A stretch of DNA of 64,000 nt, taken from Nitrososphaerota archaeon. Its GTDB lineage: Archaea; Thermoproteota; Nitrososphaeria_A; Caldarchaeales; Calditenuaceae. The stretch is taken from assembly GCA_041641295.1 (NCBI GenBank), contig JBEPYO010000001.1, forward strand, positions 1,376,001 through 1,440,000, in the 5' to 3' direction. Below, piece by piece: positions 48,896-58,160 of the stretch. A model generated the notes under the pieces. That model was given only the letters and a program-made list of their open reading frames with translations. It was not told the origin of the DNA and made no database searches. Made by a program: the position numbers and the translations under genes. The stretch's first letter is position 1, and each line of letters opens with the position of its first letter.

Positions 48896-49363
48896 ATGCG
48901 TGTTCTTGTAAGCTTGAGGCGCTTGGAGGTTATTGTTCTAACATTTTTGCTCATCTCTGCTATACTTGGTGGACTTATACTTGCCTTTGACGGGCTGTTA
49001 TGGCTGGATAACCCGAAAACAGGGCATGCATATGGCTTAATAGGGTTTGTCGTTCTTGATGTAGTTTTTATTGCTTCTATAGCTTTGCTGCCTAGGAGGC
49101 AGCGCTTATACCTAGCCTTATCTATCTGGGGGGCCCTCAAAATAATATTTCTAATCCTGAACCCGCTGACGGGGCCACAAATCGGCATAACCCCTTCAGA
49201 GTTTGCCGCGTACCTTTTCGGCCTAACCCCCATCACTGGCCCAAGTTGCCCCTTCGAATGCCCGCCATTCAGATTCACATATCTACTTCTTCTACTGGTC
49301 CATATCCCAATAGTATACAGCTCTGTAAGGCTCAGAAAAACAGCAACACCTAGAGAGGAGTAA
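48896..49363 (+). CDS. Hypothetical membrane protein
   Basis: 4 TMs, CPFEC loop. Confidence 0.6.
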   Translation: MRVLVSLRRLEVIVLTFLLISAILGGLILAFDGLLWLDNPKTGHAYGLIGFVVLDVVFIASIALLPRRQRLYLALSIWGALKIIFLILNPLTGPQIGITPSEFAAYLFGLTPITGPSCPFECPPFRFTYLLLLLVHIPIVYSSVRLRKTATPREE

Positions 49364-49462
49364 ACAGTTAATATTGACCTGCGATCCCCCTCGCCCAGAG
49401 AAGGCTAATCTAAGTGCGACAAACTTATGAGTGGCTTGATTCTGTAGGAGAAAAGTGGGGCT

Positions 49463-49537
49463 GCGGCCGTGGTCTAGCCTGGACTAGGACGTGGGCTTTC
49501 CGAGCCCAATACCCGGGTTCAAATCCCGGCGGCCGCA
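49463..49537 (+). tRNA. tRNA-Gly(TCC)
   Basis: GCGGCCG acceptor, TGGGC-TTTCCGA-GCCCA anticodon arm, GGTTCAAATCC. Confidence 0.96.
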
Positions 49538-50331
49538 CTTCCTGTCCTTCTCTTCGCGACGAACATGCATAACTCTGACCCACTTGCTACACATTCAACT
49601 TCAATGACATCCCATTCTCCACCAGTTATCTCTGATATGTAGCCTGCCAAGAATCCACGTATGAGCTGCGATGCTGGTTCAAATATTCTTTCTTTGAGTA
49701 ATTGGCATTCGATGAGTTCTTTAACCTTGATTTTGTAAGTACCTTCGTCTGTTTGCTCAATATCAATGTGGCCGCACCAGCCGAGAGAGATGAGTGGTAT
49801 GATCTCGATAGGCTCTGTCTTTCCCATCTCTACGAAGATTTTTTTAATGTATCGAGCATCTGAAGCTCCCATTGGTTGGCCTAGATGGTATAGGAGAGCC
49901 TCTGCTGAGGATTTACCAAGCTTTGCATATATGTCGTGTAGTAGTCCCCTGAGCTCGCTGTCAGTTAATATAACAGCCCTAAGGTCGTATACTCCTAGCT
50001 GGTCATAGAATGGCGCGATTGATGTATGTGGCGGATATTGCTTATGCATTCTGATCCTCTTCACACCCTTCTTCTTCGCAATCAGTTTTATGAAGAAGTT
50101 TAGCTGATCCTCAGTGTATCCATTTACATCGATGAATATTAGCACATGTAACGTTTGGTCAATATTCATCGCTATGTTAGAGACAATTCCGAGGACTTTT
50201 AGATCTGCCGCGGAGATTACATTAAGTGCTGAAGTAAGTGCGCCTGGTGTATTCTTAAGCTCAAGGAAGAGGCTCCTTAACTCCGTATCGGGAATCGATG
50301 CGATGAAAGGTAAAACGAACCTACGTACCAT
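49519..50331 (-). CDS. ACT + V4R domain protein
   Basis: 'LKNTPGAL' ACT; 'RGFLAG...EVECVASGSELCMF' V4R. Confidence 0.85.
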   Translation of the reverse strand: MVRRFVLPFIASIPDTELRSLFLELKNTPGALTSALNVISAADLKVLGIVSNIAMNIDQTLHVLIFIDVNGYTEDQLNFFIKLIAKKKGVKRIRMHKQYPPHTSIAPFYDQLGVYDLRAVILTDSELRGLLHDIYAKLGKSSAEALLYHLGQPMGASDARYIKKIFVEMGKTEPIEIIPLISLGWCGHIDIEQTDEGTYKIKVKELIECQLLKERIFEPASQLIRGFLAGYISEITGGEWDVIEVECVASGSELCMFVAKRRTGSAAAGI

Positions 50332-50661
50332 GTGTATATATACTCAATGGATCTATTAAGTATTGATCAACACTTAGACTGTATTTAAATGAAAGTAAGT
50401 TTTGATTAATTTGGCACGGTGATAGTGCTGTCAGCTCCTTCGATAGGAATATCGTCCACCTTAGCTGACAGGCTAGCAGAGGATAGACAGGAAGACTGGT
50501 CTTGTAGAGAACATGAAGATAAAGGAGGCTGCGGGAACAGTTCTTCACCATATATACCTCGGTGCTCTAAATAAGACTGTCTGGGGGAAGTTTACGTATT
50601 TTTTAAAGCTTATAAGCGCCGATCAGAAGCAATGAGGTGTAAAGATGTTGGTGGATGATTT

Positions 50662-50994
50662 TTGAGTAAGAGATACTTCAGGAGGGATGAGATTGTAGGT
50701 AAAGACATTATATCGGATTCCGCCGTAAGGCTTGGAAAAGTTAAGGACATTGGTTATGATCCGGAGGGGAAAATCGTTCTGATATATGATAAGACGGGTG
50801 AAGGGGGTGAAGAGGCAATACCCTCATCCCAAATAATAGCTATGGGGGATGTGATTCTCGTCAAGTCAGCCACATTAGAAAAGATTCCAACTCCAGCCAG
50901 CTCACCGTCATTGAAGATTTGCCCCAAATGTGGAAAGGAGAATGCGCCAGACATGCTATACTGTACTAGTTGCGGCTCGAGGCTGGGAGGGTGA
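50662..50994 (+). CDS. PRC-barrel plus zinc-ribbon protein
   Basis: 'IVGKDII...LGKVKDI...I.AMGDVILVK'; CPKC..CTSC. Confidence 0.85.
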   Translation: MSKRYFRRDEIVGKDIISDSAVRLGKVKDIGYDPEGKIVLIYDKTGEGGEEAIPSSQIIAMGDVILVKSATLEKIPTPASSPSLKICPKCGKENAPDMLYCTSCGSRLGG

Positions 50995-50998
50995 GGGT

Positions 50999-51757
50999 AT
51001 GAGAATTGAGGAAAATTTAGGGGATGCATACAACTACACTGTCAAGCTATTCAAAGATATTGGAAGACTCGTAATCCTCATAGTCTTGAACATAATACCG
51101 ATAGTGAACTTCATTGTGATTGGATACTTCGCAAGGGTAATCAGAGAGTCGCCGAGAAGTGAAGCCCCACCGCCTCTCGAGAAGTATGGTGACCTCTGGA
51201 TTGAGGGTGCAAAAATTTTCGTCGTCTCACTGGTCTACATGATAGTACCTATTGTCTTGGTCTCTGTGGGTGCAGCTTCGGCGATAGTTGCTGGTGCGCT
51301 TTTTCCTTTCGGAGGCCTCGGAATCGTTGGTAGTGCACTAGTAGTGTTAGGGTTGGTTCTGATATTCTTAATAATGATAATAGCGTTGATGGCGATTGTA
51401 AATATGGTCAAGAGGGGGAGGCTGGGTGCAGCATTTGATTTCGATCAAATATTATCAAAAATTAGGGCAGTTGGTTGGGCAAGATACATTCTTTGGATAG
51501 TCGTAATATTCGTGATAGGGCTGGTGCTTGCTGGTCTTTCTGCTATCCCATTCATCGGCTGGCTCATATCCCTCGTAATTTCGCCCGTCTTCTTGGTCTT
51601 CATAGGTAGGTCAGCTGCAAACATATACGAGTCAGCCACAACCGCTACTCCAGCTCCAGCTGGAGTTACTCCCGTGGGCCTTTTCTGTGGCTACTGCGGA
51701 AACCCGCTTCAGCCCGGCGACAAGTTCTGCGGCAAGTGTGGAAGGCCGGTAAAATAG
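50999..51757 (+). CDS. DUF4013 membrane protein with C-terminal zinc ribbon
   Basis: 'IIPIVNFIVIGY..RVIR', 'AAFDF'; CGYC..CGKC. Confidence 0.82.
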   Translation: MRIEENLGDAYNYTVKLFKDIGRLVILIVLNIIPIVNFIVIGYFARVIRESPRSEAPPPLEKYGDLWIEGAKIFVVSLVYMIVPIVLVSVGAASAIVAGALFPFGGLGIVGSALVVLGLVLIFLIMIIALMAIVNMVKRGRLGAAFDFDQILSKIRAVGWARYILWIVVIFVIGLVLAGLSAIPFIGWLISLVISPVFLVFIGRSAANIYESATTATPAPAGVTPVGLFCGYCGNPLQPGDKFCGKCGRPVK

Positions 51758-51964
51758 TCCGCGTACTGAAAGGATTTTTTCGATATACGTCGAGGCTGGT
51801 CAGCATATTGCCTGCGGCTAGGATGGTCTATGTCAGCGGCCCAATCCTTAAAAACCAAACAGGTCCCTCCATGACTGGCTAGGGCTGCCCCGTCTCTTCA
51901 AGGATTAATAGAGGCTTGTTACTTCCTTGTATTGCCGGCGGGTTGGGGTTTGGCTGGCCAGAAT

Positions 51965-52038
51965 GCCGGCGTAGCTCAGCCTGGTAGAGCGCGGGACTCA
52001 TAATCCCGTCGCCGTGGGTTCGAATCCCACCGCCGGCA
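51965..52038 (+). tRNA. tRNA-Met(CAT), elongator type, intronless
   Basis: GCCGGCG acceptor, CGGGA-CTCATAA-TCCCG, GGTTCGAATCC; followed by T-tract. Confidence 0.93.
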
Positions 52039-52108
52039 TTTTTATTTACAAAATTCTCCCTGGATATGGGTTTGTGTAAAATATCTTGTCGAGGGTTTAG
52101 TGGCTGGG

Positions 52109-52450
52109 TTATCGTGCGGCGTCTCTTAGGATTGTGGCCAGTTCTTGGGCGTCGAATAGGCTGCCCTGTACCTTGACGCGGCCGGCGAAGAAGAGCTGCA
52201 CCGGGTCTACAGTTCCTTTTATTATTCCTGCAAGGTCGTCGTCTGAGGCTATTATCGTGGCTACAGGGTTGCTTGTCTCACCCTCTCCCACCTTTAAAAC
52301 TCCGTTGACTACCTCGAGATAGAAGGGCGGTGCGTCAGAGGGCTTGAACTGGAAGGTCTTGACCATTCTCGCTGTGCGCATTTTTATCATGGGCTTCTCG
52401 GATGCGAGTGCGACGAGTTCGCGGAGTGCTAACAGAGACTTGTTAGCCAC
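52109..52450 (-). CDS. SCP2 sterol-binding domain protein
   Basis: 'G.VDPVQLFFAGRVKVQG'. Confidence 0.88.
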   Translation of the reverse strand: MANKSLLALRELVALASEKPMIKMRTARMVKTFQFKPSDAPPFYLEVVNGVLKVGEGETSNPVATIIASDDDLAGIIKGTVDPVQLFFAGRVKVQGSLFDAQELATILRDAAR

Positions 52451-52547
52451 GTAGTATTCCGCATCAAACTGGGTATATATTTTTTTGTTATCCTTTGAAC
52501 GCCCGCGGCAATAATCTTAAAAAACATCGGAGTGTGCTGGTTGAATC

Positions 52548-53744
52548 ATGAAGGTTGCCCTAGCCTACAGTGGAGGGCTCGATACAACTGTCTCAATTCC
52601 TTGGTTGAAGGAGAGGTATGGCGCCGAGGTCATAACCGTCACGGTCGATGTCGGTCAGAGCGAGAATTTCGAAGAGATTGAGGAGAGGGCCCTCTCCGCA
52701 GGAGCATCAAAGCACTTTTTCATCGACGCGAAGAGAGAATTTGTTGAACACTATATCAAGCCGTGCATCAAGGCAAATGGACTCTACGAAGACGAATACC
52801 CGCTCGGGACTGCCTTGGCGAGGCCGCTTATCGCCTCGAAGGTGGTGGAGGTCGCTTTGAGGGAGGGATGCGATGCTGTTGCCCACGGATGCACTGGCAA
52901 GGGAAATGACCAGCTGAGGTTCGATACCACGATATCGGTATTGGCGCCCCAGCTGAAAATCATCGCGCCTATCAGGGAGTGGGACCTGAGTAGAGACGAG
53001 GAGATAGAGTATGCGAGGCGTAAGGGTCTGAAGCTGGACTTTAGGCAGAGCAGGTTCAGCATAGACGAGAATCTTTGGAGCCGCTCAATCGAGGCTGCCG
53101 AGCTGGAGGACCCCTGGGTCAAGCCACCCTACGAGGCCTTCAAATACGTTGTCAACCCCCAGCAGGCACCAGACAAGGTTGAGGTGGTTGAGATAGAGTT
53201 TGAGAGGGGGGTCCCAGTAGGGCTAAATGGGCGGGACATGCCGCTAGGCGAGCTGATACATGAGCTCAACATACTTGGAGGGCGCACCGGCTTCGGAATC
53301 ATAGACCACATAGAGGATAGGGCGGTGGGAATAAAGTCGAGGGAGGTCTACGAGGCTCCCGCAGCCCTCATACTCATCAAAGCCCATAAAGACTTGGAGA
53401 AGATAACGCTCAACGGTAAGACGTTATCCTTTAAGGCCTTGGTCGAGAGGATGTGGAGTCAGATGGTCTACCAGGGCTTCTGGCTAGACCCACTCATGGA
53501 CGCGCTCCACGCCTTCATAGATAGCACCCAAGAGAATGTGACCGGGCGTGTGAAGCTGGAGCTTTACAAGGGCTCCGCCAGAATTGTCGGCAGAGTGGCT
53601 GAGAATCCTCTCTACTCCCATGAGATAGCAACATATGCCAAGGGAAGCGTTTTCCAGCAAAGGGCTGGTGAGGGCTTCAGCAAGATCTGGGGACTGGACA
53701 CGGTGATAAGCGCAACGCGGCTAGCCAGGCGAAAAACCGGCTAA
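52548..53744 (+). CDS. argG: Argininosuccinate synthase
   Basis: 'AYSGGLDT', 'HGCTGKGNDQ.RF', 'KSREVYEAP'. Confidence 0.97.
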   Translation: MKVALAYSGGLDTTVSIPWLKERYGAEVITVTVDVGQSENFEEIEERALSAGASKHFFIDAKREFVEHYIKPCIKANGLYEDEYPLGTALARPLIASKVVEVALREGCDAVAHGCTGKGNDQLRFDTTISVLAPQLKIIAPIREWDLSRDEEIEYARRKGLKLDFRQSRFSIDENLWSRSIEAAELEDPWVKPPYEAFKYVVNPQQAPDKVEVVEIEFERGVPVGLNGRDMPLGELIHELNILGGRTGFGIIDHIEDRAVGIKSREVYEAPAALILIKAHKDLEKITLNGKTLSFKALVERMWSQMVYQGFWLDPLMDALHAFIDSTQENVTGRVKLELYKGSARIVGRVAENPLYSHEIATYAKGSVFQQRAGEGFSKIWGLDTVISATRLARRKTG

Positions 53745-53747
53745 GAG

Positions 53748-54719
53748 CTACTTTTCTCGCCTAAGCCCTTCATGGGGAACCGTCAAGACCTCGGCGGGGA
53801 ACTTAGTTGAGATAATTTTAGCAACCTCCTTGACCCTATTTTGAGGAGCTATCGCTATGACGCAGCCCCCTCCACCAGCTCCAGTAAGCTTTGCCCCCAA
53901 GGCCCCTCCCTTAAGCGCATACTCAACAGCCTCGTCTAAAGTCTTATTCGAGACCCCAATTGTCTTAAGAAGGTTGTGCTGAATCGTAAAGAGAGAACCC
54001 AACCTCTCAAACCTGAGATTCCTCAGGGCGACCTCCATCTCGGAGGCAACCTCATCATTCACCAGTCTAAGCCTGTCGAAGACGTTGATGAACTGCTCTC
54101 TAAGAGTTGAGACCTGCTTAACGATGCTGCCAGTCCTCCTACCCTTCTTCGTGCTTACAAGTATGATGTTAAATTTCTCGCCGACGGGGATAGGTCGCGG
54201 CCTCTCTCCCCTGACATAGGATATGAATCCGCCCGTCAGAGACGCAGCCAAGTCCACACCCGACGCCCTATAATGTATCTCGGATTCAGACACCGAGGCA
54301 ATCTCTAAAATTTCGGACTGACTAGCTTCATGACCAATCGCGGTGAGACATGCAGAGGCTACGGCGAGTGAAACCGAGGCCGAGGAGCCTAGCCCCATCC
54401 CTCGGGGGATTTGGGACTTGATGACGATGGAGAATCCCTTGACGCCATACATCTCGGATATGCGGTCAATCATTATCTTGAGGGGGCGCAGCCTCGTGGG
54501 CGCGCTCTGATCCGAGCTCTTAACCAGCTTGTCTCCCTTCCAGACTGCCGATATCTTTGCGTCCTGCGACTCAATGGATAACAGCGAGTCGTTTCTACGG
54601 GTAACTGTGGCGTAAGCTCTTTTCGGAATCGCACATGCAATGGCCCTGCCTCCGTAGACGACGTAGTGTTCGCCGCAGAAAATGACCTTCGCGGGGGCCG
54701 AGTATGTTACAGACTCCAT
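53748..54719 (-). CDS. mvk: Mevalonate kinase
   Basis: 'APAKVI..GEH.VVYG', 'GLGSSAS', 'SGVD', 'KLTGAGGGG'. Confidence 0.92.
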   Translation of the reverse strand: MESVTYSAPAKVIFCGEHYVVYGGRAIACAIPKRAYATVTRRNDSLLSIESQDAKISAVWKGDKLVKSSDQSAPTRLRPLKIMIDRISEMYGVKGFSIVIKSQIPRGMGLGSSASVSLAVASACLTAIGHEASQSEILEIASVSESEIHYRASGVDLAASLTGGFISYVRGERPRPIPVGEKFNIILVSTKKGRRTGSIVKQVSTLREQFINVFDRLRLVNDEVASEMEVALRNLRFERLGSLFTIQHNLLKTIGVSNKTLDEAVEYALKGGALGAKLTGAGGGGCVIAIAPQNRVKEVAKIISTKFPAEVLTVPHEGLRREK

Positions 54720-54843
54720 ACTAGTCTCTCTAACCTGCTATTATATCGCCACCAAATATATATTAAATTTTTAGGCTTTAGGCTGGTGAAATATCAATTT
54801 ATCGAATAGTGTTGGACAGGGTTAAAAGTTTTATAATACGCGT

Positions 54844-55944
54844 TTGGAGGACGGGGCAGTGAGCGGCCCTATAGCCTGCCTAGACATAGACTATTTCTAC
54901 GCGCAGGCCGAGGAGCTCCGCAACCCTGCCATCCGGGATAAGCCCGTAGTTGTCTGTGTCTATTCAGGCAGGACACCAGACTCTGGAGTTGTCGCCACCA
55001 GCAACTATGTTGCCAGGCGGTACGGGGTGAAGTCCGGGATTCCGATTAGGCGGGCCAAGGAACTTCTACGCAGCGTGGAAGCCGCCTTCCTCCCGGTTGA
55101 TATGCCCTACTACTCCGAGCTCTCCCGCCAAGTCTTCGAGATAGCTAGCGGATTCGCAGATGTTATTGAGGTGGCGAGTATTGATGAGGCGTTCCTAGGC
55201 CTACAGGAGGTAACGGCGGGCTCCTTCGAAAATGCCTCTAATCTAATGGTGTCCTTGAAAAAGGAGATAAGAGAGAGGGTTGGTCTGACCTGCAGTATAG
55301 GGATTGCGAAGAACAAGCTATTAGCCAAGATGGCTGCCGACGACTCAAAGCCTGACGGGCTGCTCGTTGTGAGACCCGGAACAGAAGCCGAGTATCTAAG
55401 GCCTAAACCCATAGAGGACATACCCTACGTAGGAGCGAAGACGGCCAAAAAGCTCAGGGAGATGGGGATAAATACGATAGGCGACCTCGCCAACACTCCA
55501 TCCGATAGGCTTATCGAGGTTTTCGGATTCAGGGTTGGTCGGTTTATCTACCTCGCAGGCCGTGGCGAGTATTCTGAGCAGGTCACTCCGAGGGGTGAGG
55601 CCAAACAGGTGAGCAGGATGATAACGCTAAGGCGTCAGACTCTGGATGAGGCTGAGATATGGGAGCAGCTGGCGCGGGCTATTCGCGAACTGCATAAAAG
55701 GGTTGTCGAACTGGGCTACGGATTCAGAGGCGTATCCGTAATGGGTGTAACAAGGAGTATGAAGCCGGTTACCAAGAGTATGGCCCTCCCACACCACACG
55801 CAGGAGGTAGCCGAGTTGGAGAGCGTCTCCCGCCACCTCTTAAAGGCCCTGCTAAGCGGTCTCGAGGAGGAGCTTCGAAGGATCGGGGTCCGGGTCTACG
55901 ACCTGAGCAGCGAGCGGGGTCAGAGCAGGCTCACCGACTTTTAA
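54844..55944 (+). CDS. dinB: Y-family DNA polymerase IV (Dpo4/DinB)
   Basis: 'DIDYFYAQ', 'NY.AR.YGV', 'SIDEA'; C-terminal PIP-like 'QSRLTDF'. Confidence 0.95.
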   Translation: MEDGAVSGPIACLDIDYFYAQAEELRNPAIRDKPVVVCVYSGRTPDSGVVATSNYVARRYGVKSGIPIRRAKELLRSVEAAFLPVDMPYYSELSRQVFEIASGFADVIEVASIDEAFLGLQEVTAGSFENASNLMVSLKKEIRERVGLTCSIGIAKNKLLAKMAADDSKPDGLLVVRPGTEAEYLRPKPIEDIPYVGAKTAKKLREMGINTIGDLANTPSDRLIEVFGFRVGRFIYLAGRGEYSEQVTPRGEAKQVSRMITLRRQTLDEAEIWEQLARAIRELHKRVVELGYGFRGVSVMGVTRSMKPVTKSMALPHHTQEVAELESVSRHLLKALLSGLEEELRRIGVRVYDLSSERGQSRLTDF

Positions 55945-55958
55945 CCAGTATCTTAGTC

Positions 55959-56555
55959 TCAGAAGAGGGTCTCGAGGAGGATGATAAGTCCTGCAGCGGC
56001 TAGTCCCGCTCCTATCATTTGGCCTGCGGTTTTTAGCACATTTATCCCTGCGGCCCGCCCCACTATCGCGCCCGCTGCCAGTAGTAGGGCTGCGGTTACT
56101 GCGAGGGATGATATCAATCCATACACCGCTTCACCTCCCAAGTAGGTTGTTATCATGTAGGGTAGTGAAACGGTAAGCAGTGCTGCTACTGGTGAGAGTG
56201 CATTTACTAGGGCGACAAGAATCACCGCGATAGAGCCCACCTTGGTGTGGAGGGTGTTTCTCAAGGCTGTGAGCGTCGCCAGCTCAAGCCTCCTTATCCT
56301 AGCCTCCTGCTCTGCCTTCTCCGAGATTAGAGCCCCAGTCCACCCCGAGATAACCATGGCAATAACTACTGCGACAACCGTCTGGGCGATAACCCTGAAA
56401 GGGTGGGGACCTGATAGGTGGAGGCCGAAGACAAGTCCGACGCCCACCATTGCGCCGTCAAAGACCTGGAGAGAGAAATACCTTCTAGCAACACCGCGCG
56501 TCTCTGTGACAGCGAACACGGTCTTTAAACGATTGCGGAGCCAGCCGAAAACCAT
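55959..56555 (-). CDS. VIT1/CCC1-like membrane protein
   Basis: 'RRYF...FDG', 'GALISEKAE'; paired with DUF211. Confidence 0.75.
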   Translation of the reverse strand: MVFGWLRNRLKTVFAVTETRGVARRYFSLQVFDGAMVGVGLVFGLHLSGPHPFRVIAQTVVAVVIAMVISGWTGALISEKAEQEARIRRLELATLTALRNTLHTKVGSIAVILVALVNALSPVAALLTVSLPYMITTYLGGEAVYGLISSLAVTAALLLAAGAIVGRAAGINVLKTAGQMIGAGLAAAGLIILLETLF

Positions 56556-56564
56556 CGTAGGCCA

Positions 56565-56852
56565 CTACCTCTTCCGCTCTACCTTCTCCACGACAGTTGC
56601 GTCGACGCTGTGTATGGCTCCTCCCAAGGCCTTAATCGCCTCGCCTATCACTTCTACATCAAGGTCATTACCGTCGATGATCAGCTTGACTGTCTCGGTC
56701 TCCGCATCCATCTCGAGGACAGAGGAATCCACTCTCTTTACCCCTTTGACCCCTGCTAACCTCTTACTGAACTCGACAATATCCGGCTGGTGGGGTTTCA
56801 AGACGTCCAATACCAGCCTAGTGATCAGGACACTCTCACGGGCCTCCGACAT
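56565..56852 (-). CDS. DUF211 family protein
   Basis: 'RLVLDVLKPHQP...GGAIHSVD'. Confidence 0.9.
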   Translation of the reverse strand: MSEARESVLITRLVLDVLKPHQPDIVEFSKRLAGVKGVKRVDSSVLEMDAETETVKLIIDGNDLDVEVIGEAIKALGGAIHSVDATVVEKVERKR

Positions 56853-56979
56853 CTACTTGGCAGACACCCATACCCATGAGACCAGACCCATACATATTAG
56901 GATTTTGTATTAATGCTACTAAAATGCGGAAAAAGGGCTGTAATAGCCGTATTTTCAGACATTTCTAGATATTTAAAGG

Positions 56980-57035
56980 GGCTCCGCGCTCAAGATCCCA
57001 ATCATCAACTCAGCCTGGCCAGACACTTCATTGCC
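56980..57035 (-). ncRNA. Candidate C/D box guide sRNA, probable tRNA-Leu(CAA) target
   Basis: ATGAAGT-gtctggccagg-CTGA-g-TTGATGA-ttgggatcttgagcg-CGGA; TATAAA ~25-30 nt upstream on the same strand. Confidence 0.62.
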
Positions 57036-57180
57036 CTAAACACCGCTCACATTTCTCGGTTTATAGGTTTTTCCTACCATTGAGATTGGCCGAGCCATAT
57101 TCGTGGAAGCTCTTCCAAGTAGAGCTGGGCGGAAGTTGTTGGGAATCTTTTTTAATTTAACGGACGCTTAGTTTCTGGGC

Positions 57181-58137
57181 ATGATTACGTTCAGGCAAGT
57201 TATTGAGGCCTCACAAATATTGGAGAAGTATCTTAAGCCCACTCCACTCGTCTATTCTAGGGGTCTCTCGAGGGAGTTGGGCTGTGATGTCTGGGTTAAG
57301 CTCGAGAACCTGAACCCCACACACTCCTTCAAGGTCAGGGGCGGGATTTACTACATGTACAAGATGTTTGAGGAGGTGAAGAGGACAGGTGTTATAACAG
57401 CCTCAATGGGGAATCATGCCCAGTCAATCGCTTATGCTGGAAGCCTATTTGGGGTTGACGTGCATGTAGTGGTGCCCAGCTGGGTATCTGACGTCAAGAA
57501 GGAGTCACTCCAACAGCTCGGCGCCCACGTCATAACATATGGCAACTTCTTCGACGAGGCTGCCCTCTATGCGGAGGCGCTAGCTAGGGAGAAGGGCTAC
57601 CGATACATCCACGCAATAAACGAGACGATGCTCTACCCGGGCGTGGCTACCATGCACCTGGAGGTACTGAGGGAGCTCCCGGGAGTGGATGTGGTTTTCA
57701 ACCCGATAGGAGGGGGCTCCGGCGCAATAGGCGCTTGCATAGTGTATAAGACGGTCGACCCCTCGATAAGGGTGATAGGTGTACAGGCCGAGGGCGCCCC
57801 GGCCTTCTACGAGTCTCTAAAGCAGGGGCGGATAGTCTCGAGGGACAAGGTGGAGACGAGGGCTGAGGGACTCGCTGTGGCCAAGGCATACGAGGTCCCC
57901 TTCTCAATCCTCCGTGGACGGATTGATGATGTCGTGCTTGTCTCGGATGGCGAGATGGAGAGGGCTATAAGGAAGCTCTACCGCCACGTCCGCCAGATAG
58001 CAGAGCACGCAGGCGCGGCAGCCACCGCCGCCGCATACAAGATGAGTAGCAACATAGCGGGCAAGAAAGTTGTATTGATGTTGACTGGTGGAAACATTGA
58101 CGAGGCCCAGATAGCTCGGATACTTTCAGAGAAGTAA
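57181..58137 (+). CDS. PLP-dependent threonine/serine dehydratase (no ACT domain)
   Basis: 'SFKVRG', 'SMGNHA', 'PIGGG', 'TGGN'. Confidence 0.9.
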   Translation: MITFRQVIEASQILEKYLKPTPLVYSRGLSRELGCDVWVKLENLNPTHSFKVRGGIYYMYKMFEEVKRTGVITASMGNHAQSIAYAGSLFGVDVHVVVPSWVSDVKKESLQQLGAHVITYGNFFDEAALYAEALAREKGYRYIHAINETMLYPGVATMHLEVLRELPGVDVVFNPIGGGSGAIGACIVYKTVDPSIRVIGVQAEGAPAFYESLKQGRIVSRDKVETRAEGLAVAKAYEVPFSILRGRIDDVVLVSDGEMERAIRKLYRHVRQIAEHAGAAATAAAYKMSSNIAGKKVVLMLTGGNIDEAQIARILSEK

Positions 58138-58160
58138 TAGACGCATAGTCTTCAAGATAC

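Noticed and set aside
41313-52038. Integrated mobile element bounded by tRNA genes
   Set aside because: No integrase, transposase or direct repeats seen; kept only as a possibly acquired gene cluster
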